DNA of 64,000 nucleotides from an uncultured Gammaproteobacteria bacterium (GTDB lineage: Bacteria; Patescibacteriota; Microgenomatia; Levybacterales; GWA1-39-11): NCBI GenBank assembly GCA_964409875.1, contig CAYPEN010000001.1, positions 356,275 to 420,274 of the forward strand. The letters are read 5' to 3'. A program made the translations under genes and the position numbers. Under the pieces are notes generated by a model that ran no database searches, had not been told where the DNA came from, and was given only the letters and a program-made list of their open reading frames with translations. Position 1 is the first letter of the stretch. Every line of letters starts with the position of its first letter. Shown piece by piece: positions 43,338 to 50,483 of this stretch.

Positions 43338-43741
43338 ATTTGAATGCACTTCCGTACCATTTCGTATGTGTCATCAAGTGTTTTGAGCTTTTTTATTTCT
43401 TTCAATTCAAACCACCTCGCATCATTTGTTTCCTCATCGAGTGTTGTGTCAATTGTATCAGAAATAGGTCGAGTCAAAAATACATTCAGGTGAAAGCTAA
43501 CTTCCGGGTACGACTGCTCTATAATAAATGGTGAATCCGAAAGAATTTCAACGTCGAGTCCTGTTTCCTCTTTTGCCTCTCTTAAACAGGCGGCTGCAGG
43601 TGTTTCATCGTTTTCAATTCCACCACCCGGCACCTGCCAGCATAAATGTATATTTTTGTTCTTAGGATCATAGCGTTGAGTAAGTAATATTTTTCCTTGT
43701 GGATTTATTATTACTGCATTTGCAACATGAATATTTCCCAT
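43313..43741 (-). CDS. NUDIX hydrolase
   Basis: Nudix box GGGIENDETPAAACLREAKEETGL. Confidence 0.9.
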   Translation of the reverse strand: MGNIHVANAVIINPQGKILLTQRYDPKNKNIHLCWQVPGGGIENDETPAAACLREAKEETGLDVEILSDSPFIIEQSYPEVSFHLNVFLTRPISDTIDTTLDEETNDARWFELKEIKKLKTLDDTYEMVRKCIQIWKKHSFK

Positions 43742-43747
43742 AAATAC

Positions 43748-43771
43748 AAAAAAAGCCTCTTTAAGAGGCTT
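43748..43771 (-). terminator. Intrinsic terminator after rplT
   Basis: AAGCCTCT-TAA-AGAGGCTT stem followed by a U-tract on the minus strand. Confidence 0.75.
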
Positions 43772-43792
43772 GAAGTGAAGATGCAGAAAGGT

Positions 43793-44146
43793 TTATTTGG
43801 TTTCAAATGCCCTCTTCACAATATTGGTAAAAGCGTCTCTATTTTCAACAATAAGTGAAGCTAATATTTTTCTATCAAGTTCTATGTTTTTGCTCTTCAA
43901 CGCGTTCACGAATCTGCTATATGAGTATCCCTCTTCTTTTACCGCTTCACCGATTCGGACAACCCACAACCTTCTGAAGTCTCTCTTCTTTCTTTTTCTT
44001 CCATGGTATGCATATGCATCGGAATGAAGAACCGCAGCTGTAGCGGTGCGGATGAGACGGTTTCGGGTACCCCGATATCCCTTTGCCAGGTCAAATATCT
44101 TTTTATGTTTTTTGTGGGATACTATCCCTCTTTTTACTCTACTCAT
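43793..44146 (-). CDS. rplT: 50S ribosomal protein L20
   Basis: MSRVKRG...KKRDFRRLWVVRI...YSRFVNAL...LDRKILA. Confidence 0.98.
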   Translation of the reverse strand: MSRVKRGIVSHKKHKKIFDLAKGYRGTRNRLIRTATAAVLHSDAYAYHGRKRKKRDFRRLWVVRIGEAVKEEGYSYSRFVNALKSKNIELDRKILASLIVENRDAFTNIVKRAFETK

Positions 44147-44150
44147 ATGT

Positions 44151-44348
44151 TTAAGCCTCTCCCAATAATTGCTTTATTTTTTTTGCGAACCCTGCCTGTA
44201 CCTGCTTCACTTCTTTTTGAGCTCTTAACGTTCCTTTTGATTTGTGGGAGCGCAAGTGACTCCTCATTTGTGAGCCACGAAGCACCTTTCCGGTCTTTGT
44301 AACCTTAAAACGCCTTTTAATGCTCCTTTTTGTTTTTAGTTTTGGCAT
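44151..44348 (-). CDS. rpmI: 50S ribosomal protein L35
   Basis: MPKLKTKRSIKRRFKVTKTGKV; lies between infC and rplT. Confidence 0.96.
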   Translation of the reverse strand: MPKLKTKRSIKRRFKVTKTGKVLRGSQMRSHLRSHKSKGTLRAQKEVKQVQAGFAKKIKQLLGEA

Positions 44349-44370
44349 ACTGCTTTTTCTTCAAAAAAAG

Positions 44371-44452
44371 AAATCCGAAATTCTAATTTCGAAATTCGAA
44401 ACTTTTAATTTTTTGCTTTTGTTTCGTGCTTCGAATTTAGTGCTTCGAGTTT
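44371..44452. repeat. Heptamer-periodic imperfect inverted repeat
   Basis: Left arm AAATCCG AAATTCT AATTTCG AAATTCG AAAC (44371-44402). The right arm (44421-44452) reverse-complements to AAACTCG AAGCACT AAATTCG AAGCACG AAAC. Confidence 0.8.
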
Positions 44453-44455
44453 GTT

Positions 44456-44992
44456 TTACTTATTCCTGGCTATCATCATGGTCATTTGTCTTCCTTCCAT
44501 GCGTGCTTCTCTTTCAACTTTTGCTAGTTCTCCCAGCTTCTCAAGCACCATATCCAATTTCTGCCTTCCAATGTCCTGGTGTCCCATTTGTCTTCCGGTA
44601 AACCGTACCGCAAACTTTACCTTATTTCCCTCTTCCAAAAACTCTTTTGCCTTTTTTAACTTTATATCTAAATCGTGTTCCCCTATGAAAGGCCCAAAGC
44701 GTATTTGCTTTGTCTCAGACCCTTTTGCTCCCTTTTTCTCGTCCTGTTTCTTTTTTTTCAGTTGGTATAAAAACTTCGAAAAATCGATAATTTTTACTAC
44801 CGGAGGCTTTGCTTGGGGCGCTACCTCTACCAAATCTACTCCCTCTTCTTCTGATTTTAGGAGTGCTTCTTTAAGGCTCATTATTCCTATCTGCTCTCCC
44901 TTATCGTTCAATACCCTTACCTCGGAAGCCCGGATTTGGTAATTTTTCCTGTAAAAAACGTTTTGTGTAAATTTTTTAGTGTTTTGTCTCAA
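44456..44992 (-). CDS. infC: Translation initiation factor IF-3
   Basis: NYQIRASEVRV...DLVEVAPQAKPPVVKIIDF...GEHDL...GNKVK; non-ATG (TTG) start overlapping the thrS end, exact start uncertain. Confidence 0.95.
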   Translation of the reverse strand: MRQNTKKFTQNVFYRKNYQIRASEVRVLNDKGEQIGIMSLKEALLKSEEEGVDLVEVAPQAKPPVVKIIDFSKFLYQLKKKKQDEKKGAKGSETKQIRFGPFIGEHDLDIKLKKAKEFLEEGNKVKFAVRFTGRQMGHQDIGRQKLDMVLEKLGELAKVEREARMEGRQMTMMIARNK

Positions 44993-46736
44993 TTTCTTTT
45001 TGAATTTTTGTAATAAATTCGTCTAGCCTCAGTTGCCCAAGGTCTTTCCCGTCCCTTGTTCTTACAGTTACAATTAACTCTCCGTTTTTGGACTTTTCTT
45101 CTTCCTGACCGCCTATTATACACATGTAGGGTACTTTTTGTAAAGTAGCCTCACGGATTTTGTTCCCGAGCGTATTGTTAGAGCTATCATTTTCTACACG
45201 GACTCCGCAGTTTTTCAGCTGATTTTCTACCTTTGAAGCAAATGCAACAAATTTATCAGATACCGGCAGTAAGGCGACTTGTGTGGGTGCAAGCCAGGTG
45301 GGAAAAGCACCTGCATAATGCTCTATAAGAAATGCCATAACGCGCTCAATTGCACCTATTGAGGAACGGTGTATCACAACGGGTTGTTCCTCTACTCCTT
45401 CTTCATTAATAAAGGAGAGGTTGAAGCGCTGCGGCATAACAAAATCGTATTGCACTGTAAAAGCCGTATCCTCTTTGCCATTGACGTTTTTCATCTGGAC
45501 GTCAATTTTGGGACCGTAAAACGCTGCTTCGCCACTAGCTTCAACAAAATGTGCATTCCGTTCTTTGAGCACTTTTCTGAGTATTTCTTCAGCAAAATCC
45601 CAGGAAGCATCATCTTTAAAATATTTCTTGTCATCCGCCCTATCCCCTAGAGACAAACGGTAATGGTAATCTTTTCCTTGCTCAAGTCCAAAAACAGAGG
45701 CTAAATGCTCAATAAGGTTTAAAACTCCTTGTATCTCCTGCTCTGCTTTAGCCTTTGGGGTTACAATGTGGGCATCTGCAAGACAAAACGTTCTAACGCG
45801 TTGAAGTCCCATTAGTTCTCCCGATTTTTCAAACCGGTACAATTTTGCCAGCTCTGCAATTCTCATCGGAAGCTCTTTATAGCTATGCATTCGGGAAAGA
45901 TACAATTCGAAGTGATGAGGACAGGTCATGGGCCGTAGCATGAATTCCTCTCCTTCAATTTTAATAGGGGCATACATTGAATCTTTGTAAAACGGATAAT
46001 GTCCAGATTTTTTATATAAATCAATTTTTGCAATGTCAGGTGTATAAACATGCAAATATCCGCGTTTGAGTTCCTCATCAACGATAAATCTTTCAAGCTC
46101 ACGCCTTATTGTCGAACCCTTTGGGGTAAATAGTGGAAGGCCTTTTCCAACGGTTTCTGAGAAAACAAACAGTCCTAATTCACGTCCTAGTTTTTTGTGG
46201 TCCCGCTTTTCTGCCTCTTCAAGCATTTTTAAATGTTCATCAAGCTCCTCTTTTGTGGGGAAAGCAGTGCCATAGATTCGTGTCAACATTTTGTTTTTCT
46301 CGTTGCCTCTCCAATAAGCTCCTGCTAAGGATAAAAGCTTGAAAGCACCTATTTCCTTTGCTGGATTTTCAGCGTGTCCCCCTCGGCATAAGTCTTCAAA
46401 GTATCCCGCTTTATAAAGCGTTATTTTCTCACCCTTTTGAACAATTTCATCAATGAGCTCAAGTTTGTAAGGATTGTTATTGAAAATTTTTTTTGCTTCG
46501 TCTTCGGTTACTTCACGTGCCTCAAATTTATCCCAAGCCGGAAGGGTTTTTGCCATCATTTTCTCTATCTTTGGTAATTCAGATTCTGTTATGGGCTTCC
46601 CAAAATCAAAGTCGTAGTAAAATCCGTTTTCTATAGCAGGGCCAATAGTTGGCATAGCATCGGGATAGATTCTCAGAACGGCTGCTGCCAGCAAGTGCGC
46701 AGCTGAATGTCGCAATTTTACGATATTTTGTTCCAT
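44976..46736 (-). CDS. thrS: Threonine-tRNA ligase (no N-terminal TGS domain)
   Basis: LRHSAAHLLA, DLCRGGH, GAYWRG, RDHKKLG, LRPMTCPHH, AAFYGPKID, IHRSSIGAIER motifs; start taken at ATG 46736, 7 nt below TATAAT. Confidence 0.97.
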   Translation of the reverse strand: MEQNIVKLRHSAAHLLAAAVLRIYPDAMPTIGPAIENGFYYDFDFGKPITESELPKIEKMMAKTLPAWDKFEAREVTEDEAKKIFNNNPYKLELIDEIVQKGEKITLYKAGYFEDLCRGGHAENPAKEIGAFKLLSLAGAYWRGNEKNKMLTRIYGTAFPTKEELDEHLKMLEEAEKRDHKKLGRELGLFVFSETVGKGLPLFTPKGSTIRRELERFIVDEELKRGYLHVYTPDIAKIDLYKKSGHYPFYKDSMYAPIKIEGEEFMLRPMTCPHHFELYLSRMHSYKELPMRIAELAKLYRFEKSGELMGLQRVRTFCLADAHIVTPKAKAEQEIQGVLNLIEHLASVFGLEQGKDYHYRLSLGDRADDKKYFKDDASWDFAEEILRKVLKERNAHFVEASGEAAFYGPKIDVQMKNVNGKEDTAFTVQYDFVMPQRFNLSFINEEGVEEQPVVIHRSSIGAIERVMAFLIEHYAGAFPTWLAPTQVALLPVSDKFVAFASKVENQLKNCGVRVENDSSNNTLGNKIREATLQKVPYMCIIGGQEEEKSKNGELIVTVRTRDGKDLGQLRLDEFITKIQKEIETKH

Positions 46737-46785
46737 GTTACTCATTATAGTTCAAATGAGCGTGAATTTGAAGTGTCAACCATCA

Positions 46786-47007
46786 TTAGAAATGAAAAGG
46801 GGAATTTACTTTTGCAGCATGGCTCATCACTTTTGCAACGAAATCTCCTATTATCGGAACAAAATCAACCTTAGAAAGGAGAAACACCACAAGTGCAATA
46901 ATGAAGGTTGTGCCTATCCAAACTCCTAAAGACCAAGAAATTCCTCCAATAAAATTATCAAGTATCATTTTCTTCCTACTTCGGTAGACATTTTCATTTT
47001 TTTCCAT
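46786..47007 (-). CDS. Small membrane protein, DUF5665-like
   Basis: NFIGGISWSLGVWIGTT...PIIGDF pattern. Confidence 0.7.
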   Translation of the reverse strand: MEKNENVYRSRKKMILDNFIGGISWSLGVWIGTTFIIALVVFLLSKVDFVPIIGDFVAKVMSHAAKVNSPFHF

Positions 47008-47019
47008 AGTGTAATAGTA

Positions 47020-47598
47020 TCACGATTCAAATCCTAAGGATTGCGTAATTTGTTGCATTGCAGAAAGTACAATGGCAGTGTATTCCCTAATGGGAAAACC
47101 CAATTTTTCTTCGCAAATAACGATTTGCGCCCTGTCAACATTTTTTGCGAAATTTGAGTCCTGCATTTTTTGAATAACCATATCTACTGTTACAGTATTT
47201 AATTTCTTTTCCCTTTGGGAGAGCGCACATGAAATTACAAACCCTGTTAGCTCATCGCACGTATAAAGTGCCCAGTCCATCGAGGTTTGCGGTGGAATAC
47301 CTGTAAAACGGTAATTATGCGCCTTAATAGCACTCAGTACATCCTTCGAAAGGACGTTGCCAATTTTCTCTTCCAAATACAGAGTGTGTTTTTCTGGATG
47401 ACTCCTGGTCAATTCGTAATCCGCATCGTGTAGCAATCCGGCAATAGCCCAACTCTCTTCATTTTCAGCCTTTCTCGTTTTTGCTGCATATACCCGGCAA
47501 ATGGCCCGCATCGCAGCCTCAACTGCCAAATGATGGCGTATAAGGTTGGGTGCTTTCGTATATACCTGCAGTGTTTGTATTGCTTCTTGTCTTGTCAT
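47020..47598 (-). CDS. HD/HDIG-domain phosphohydrolase
   Basis: HHLAVEAAM, GLLHDADYE, AIKAHN and CDELTG motifs. Confidence 0.85.
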   Translation of the reverse strand: MTRQEAIQTLQVYTKAPNLIRHHLAVEAAMRAICRVYAAKTRKAENEESWAIAGLLHDADYELTRSHPEKHTLYLEEKIGNVLSKDVLSAIKAHNYRFTGIPPQTSMDWALYTCDELTGFVISCALSQREKKLNTVTVDMVIQKMQDSNFAKNVDRAQIVICEEKLGFPIREYTAIVLSAMQQITQSLGFES

Positions 47599-47662
47599 TA
47601 AAAAAGTATACTACTTTTAGGGTTTAGGGTTTAGGCAAAATTTGTAGTAAAAGCTTTTTTTG

Positions 47663-47796
47663 TGGATAATATAGGATTCGAACTTGTGACCTTTGCAATG
47701 TGAATGTGCCGTAATGAAATGGTTAATGCCCTGGGGTGCAACGCTCTACTTTTTTAATAAAGGCAAGCTGCGCTTATCTAGCTGAACTAATCGTCT
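47663..47796 (-). pseudogene. Degenerate tRNA-Val(CAC)-like copy with two insertions
   Basis: AGACGAT-TAGTTCAGCTAGA [~28 nt insert] TAGAGCG-TTGCA [32 nt insert] TT-CAC-AT-TGCAA-AGGTC-ACAAG-TTCGAAT-CCTAT-ATTATCC-A; acceptor and T stems are mismatched. Confidence 0.7.
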
Positions 47797-47873
47797 CCGG
47801 TAATAATTTAGAGGCAAGACTCATCACTTCTAAAACAAGTTTTTCTACATGTAATTGCCCAACCAGATGTATG

Positions 47874-47945
47874 TGGACGACGTTGGGATCGAACCAGCGA
47901 CCTCTTCGATGTGAACGAAGCGTTCTACCACTAAACTAGTCGTCC
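47874..47945 (-). tRNA. tRNA-Val(CAC)
   Basis: Cloverleaf GGACGAC...CTTCG-TT-CAC-AT-CGAAG...TTCGATC...GTCGTCC-A; CCA not encoded. Confidence 0.93.
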
Positions 47946-47966
47946 TCACCCACCGTATTTTCTTTG

Positions 47967-48041
47967 TGGACCCAAGAGAACTCGAATCTCTGACCTTTGC
48001 AATGTCAATGCAACGCTCTAACCAAACTGAGCTATGGGTCC
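47967..48041 (-). tRNA. tRNA-Val(GAC)
   Basis: GGACCCA...TTGCA-TT-GAC-AT-TGCAA...AGAGA-TTCGAGT-TCTCT-TGGGTCC-A. Confidence 0.95.
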
Positions 48042-48079
48042 ACAAAGAAAACAACCCTCAATGGAACATGCTTCATTGC

Positions 48080-48100
48080 AACCAGCTGAGCTATTCGTCC
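48080..48100 (-). pseudogene. Isolated 5' fragment of a tRNA-Val-like gene
   Basis: GGACGAATAGCTCAGCTGGTT, similar to the 5' end of tRNA-Val(TAC) GGACGATTAGCTCAGTTGGT; no 3' half follows. Confidence 0.6.
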
Positions 48101-48145
48101 ACGGGCTTTCCGCTATTTTATCAAATTGTCCGTGCGTGAACAAAC

Positions 48146-48577
48146 TTAAGCGACATTCGTTGGATTTGCCGAAGTAGGCAATGCTTCTTTACGCCCTATC
48201 AAATGCAGCGCGCTATTCGGTAGCAAACCGGTATCATCAATGGTTGCAAGAACCATAATGCTCGATTCTTCGCTTAGGTGTTCTTCGTGAAGTTCGCTTA
48301 CGAGCGCAAGATCTCCTTTTCCTTCAATTACTGCCTGAACTGCTTCGTCTTCTGTGTCTCTTCTTGAGTAAGCGGCTACATTTCGATGCCGCATGTTTTC
48401 CGCACCGAGTAGATTTTCAACAACAGAAATCGGTTCAACTGTGGTTATTCTTGGCTGGTGAATTTCGGTTGTTTTGTCTCCTAACATAATATCTCGAGGG
48501 TTGACCATAACAGAAATTTCCTGCCCTCCTACAGTTAATAATTTGCGTTGCGGTTTACCCTTCTTCTCATTTTCCAT
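48146..48577 (-). CDS. Hypothetical protein, possible degenerate PBP2/prephenate-dehydratase-like half domain
   Basis: SD AAGGAGGTG 9 nt before ATG 48577. DTEDEAVQAVIEGKGDLALVSE...VLATIDD...LHLIGRK resembles the PDT C-lobe but lacks the catalytic TRF motif. Confidence 0.6.
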   Translation of the reverse strand: MENEKKGKPQRKLLTVGGQEISVMVNPRDIMLGDKTTEIHQPRITTVEPISVVENLLGAENMRHRNVAAYSRRDTEDEAVQAVIEGKGDLALVSELHEEHLSEESSIMVLATIDDTGLLPNSALHLIGRKEALPTSANPTNVA

Positions 48578-48602
48578 ATTACAATACACCTCCTTTCCAT
48601 AT

Positions 48603-48806
48603 TTATACGAAAAGTTCTCCACCATTTTGACTTAAATCTGCCAATTCAAGCCGCACTTGCATAAGCCGGATTTCATCTGCGTATTCTTGTGCAAGTTGTG
48701 CAAAATTATCAATAAAATCAATTCCTTTACCAATTGGTTGCATTTGAACGCTACCGCCGGCAATAAGACTTTCTTCATTTTTTTGTAAAATTAATTCCGT
48801 TTCCAT
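48603..48806 (-). CDS. Small hypothetical protein (67 aa)
   Basis: SD AAGGAGGTG before ATG 48806; first long ORF below attenuator 1. Confidence 0.6.
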   Translation of the reverse strand: METELILQKNEESLIAGGSVQMQPIGKGIDFIDNFAQLAQEYADEIRLMQVRLELADLSQNGGELFV

Positions 48807-48890
48807 AAAAATCACCTCCTTAATGCGTCAGGAGGAAATCCTCCCTTCGAGTGTTAAGTATTTTGTCTTCCAATCTGTGTCCATTTTTCC

Positions 48891-49056
48891 AACAAAAAAC
48901 CTTCGCGTTTTTGGAACTTTCGTTCCTGCGAAGGTTGTATAAGCATTAGCCCAGTGGGATACAACCCTCGCTTACGCGAAGGTAAAGTATCTAAACCACT
49001 TATGTGCTAATGTTTTCATTATTAATTATTGTAATAAGTAATTGTTTCCTCGTCAA
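48891..49056 (-). promoter_or_regulatory. Attenuator 1: promoter, leader-peptide region and terminator
   Basis: TTGACG(49051-56)-17-TACAAT(49028-33). Long hairpin over the leader ORF; GCGAGGGTTGTAT can pair with ATACAACCTTCGC. Terminator AACCTTCGC...GCGAAGGTT plus U-tract at 48891-48936. Confidence 0.8.
48972..49019 (-). CDS. Leader peptide MKTLAHKWFRYFTFA (aromatic-rich)
   Basis: ATG 8 nt below the -10 box; stop codon lies in the apical loop of the first hairpin. Confidence 0.7.
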   Translation of the reverse strand: MKTLAHKWFRYFTFA

Positions 49057-49071
49057 GGGTAAATTACTTTT

Positions 49072-49746
49072 TTACGCATTCATATTGTCAAAAAAGTTGC
49101 GCCGGCGTTGTAAATCATCGAGAACCAATGACGCCTCATCGATAACATTGTAAGGTATATTCGCCGTAAGTCTAATGGGATCATTCTCTAAAAATGAGGG
49201 TAAGAAGTTGGGTAGTGACTCCAACTTTGCATGCAATTCCTCAAGAGAACCTACATCTGGAATAGGTAGCGGTCTTTTTTGGGTTGGCATAGTATCAAAC
49301 GATTTCTGGGCTAAGCCCATTGACCTCACCAAATCCTCAGCAAATTGCACCTCAGTAATTGGAGCTGTTGAATTCCGGTTAAAGATATCTGTTGCATGAG
49401 ACAGGGGAATAATTCGTACCGGAACTTTTACTCTATCTGTATACCGTGCCCTGTGATGTCCGTCAGTTATTGCCAAATAGGCAGCATCCCTACAAAAAAG
49501 TGGCACTGCCAATGTCGGATTTTTAAGAAGAGTCAAATACCCTTGTCCTTCTTCTTGTTGCAGCAGTTTTTCTGTTCCCCTTCTGCTTTTAATTGAGTAC
49601 GCTTCTTTCGGCTGCACACCATATAAATGAATTTTGGGCACAAGAAACACACCGGTTTTTGAAATATCAGAAGGAGTCAGAAAATCTTGCCTCAAGCATG
49701 GTTCGGCAAATGATGTAAGTATTCCTCTATTTTCTTGTTTTTCCAT
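49072..49746 (-). CDS. ParB/sulfiredoxin-like domain hypothetical protein
   Basis: YLAITDGHHRAR motif followed by KVPVRI. Confidence 0.65.
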   Translation of the reverse strand: MEKQENRGILTSFAEPCLRQDFLTPSDISKTGVFLVPKIHLYGVQPKEAYSIKSRRGTEKLLQQEEGQGYLTLLKNPTLAVPLFCRDAAYLAITDGHHRARYTDRVKVPVRIIPLSHATDIFNRNSTAPITEVQFAEDLVRSMGLAQKSFDTMPTQKRPLPIPDVGSLEELHAKLESLPNFLPSFLENDPIRLTANIPYNVIDEASLVLDDLQRRRNFFDNMNA

Positions 49747-49755
49747 AAATTAACC

Positions 49756-49904
49756 ACAAAAAAACCTCCCGTCTTGTGGGAGGTTTGTAAAAATTATCTA
49801 CTATTCCTCCACACTACTACACTCCTAGAAGGAGCATGCAAGTAATGTGAAGAGAATTTCTTTTCATTTTGTTTATTTTAATGAGCATACTACTATTTTG
49901 TCAA
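49756..49904 (-). promoter_or_regulatory. Attenuator 2: promoter, leader-peptide region and terminator
   Basis: TTGACA(49899-904)-18-TAAAAT(49875-80). Hairpin TTCTCTTCACATTACT/AGTAGTGTGGAGGAA; terminator AAACCTCCC-ACAAGAC-GGGAGGTTTTTTT. Confidence 0.78.
49817..49867 (-). CDS. Leader peptide MKRNSLHITCMLLLGV
   Basis: ATG 7 nt below the -10 box; homologous in length and N-terminus to the leader at 50418-50468. Confidence 0.65.
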   Translation of the reverse strand: MKRNSLHITCMLLLGV

Positions 49905-49919
49905 CGAGGAAATAAACAT

Positions 49920-50357
49920 TTATTCTCCGTCAGAACCTTCGCTTGCGCTGGAATCACTGTCCGAGCTTCCGACTACTCCATCAAAGCCAGAATTATCTGT
50001 GGTTGCTTCAGCTGTTGCTTCAGGAGCAGCTTCCCAACTTACATCAGTGCTGCTTGTTTGCTCAGAGTCCATAATTGATGCCAATTCTCCCCGAACCTCC
50101 TCGAGTTGAGCGTCTTCAGATGATATTGTAGGGCTAGTTAGGTTAACGGCTTCATTGTTAAGCCGCACTGCTTCTCCTAAAAACATTGCTCCACTCAAAA
50201 GTGGTGCTCCGTCAGGAGTAACATTTAACGGCTCAATACGTTCATGCCTCTCATTTCTTGCCGTGGCAAAACTTAGACCACGTAACCTATTATCGATAAT
50301 TCTCGTTACGTCGTTTACAATTTCCTCTCGTAATATATTTGCTTCAAAACGATTCAT
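49920..50357 (-). CDS. Hypothetical protein with acidic disordered C-terminus
   Basis: ATG 50357 lies just below terminator 3; the longer ORF start at 50414 runs through the attenuator and is unlikely. Confidence 0.65.
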   Translation of the reverse strand: MNRFEANILREEIVNDVTRIIDNRLRGLSFATARNERHERIEPLNVTPDGAPLLSGAMFLGEAVRLNNEAVNLTSPTISSEDAQLEEVRGELASIMDSEQTSSTDVSWEAAPEATAEATTDNSGFDGVVGSSDSDSSASEGSDGE

Positions 50358-50361
50358 AATC

Positions 50362-50480
50362 ACAAAAAAACCTCCCGTTTTGTGGGAGGCACTAAAAACT
50401 TTTCTCCCACACACCCTCTAACCCTTAATAAGGTTAAAAAGATGTATGTAAGAAAAGTTTCTATTCATATTTAAATTATA
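50362..50480 (-). promoter_or_regulatory. Attenuator 3: -10 box, leader-peptide region and terminator
   Basis: TATAAT 50475-80. Long hairpin AAACTTTTCTTACATACATC.../...GGTGTGTGGGAGAAAAGTTT; TGTGGGAG pairs perfectly with CTCCCACA. Terminator CCTCCC-ACAAAAC-GGGAGG-TTTTTTT. Confidence 0.78.
50418..50468 (-). CDS. Leader peptide MNRNFSYIHLFNLIKG
   Basis: ATG 6 nt below TATAAT; stop codon just before the antiterminator strand. Confidence 0.65.
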   Translation of the reverse strand: MNRNFSYIHLFNLIKG

Positions 50481-50483
50481 ATT

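Noticed and set aside
43742-43792. pheM-like Phe leader attenuator between rplT and pheS
   Set aside because: Only a simple terminator and a NUDIX gene are present; no Phe-rich leader ORF was found.
47616-47635. TTTAGGG x ~3 (plant-telomere-like heptamer)
   Set aside because: Under three copies in a bacterial promoter region; too short to support a claim.
47736-48054. Short ORFs overlapping tRNA genes (also 53393-53602 and 57308-57919)
   Set aside because: They are translations of tRNA sequences.
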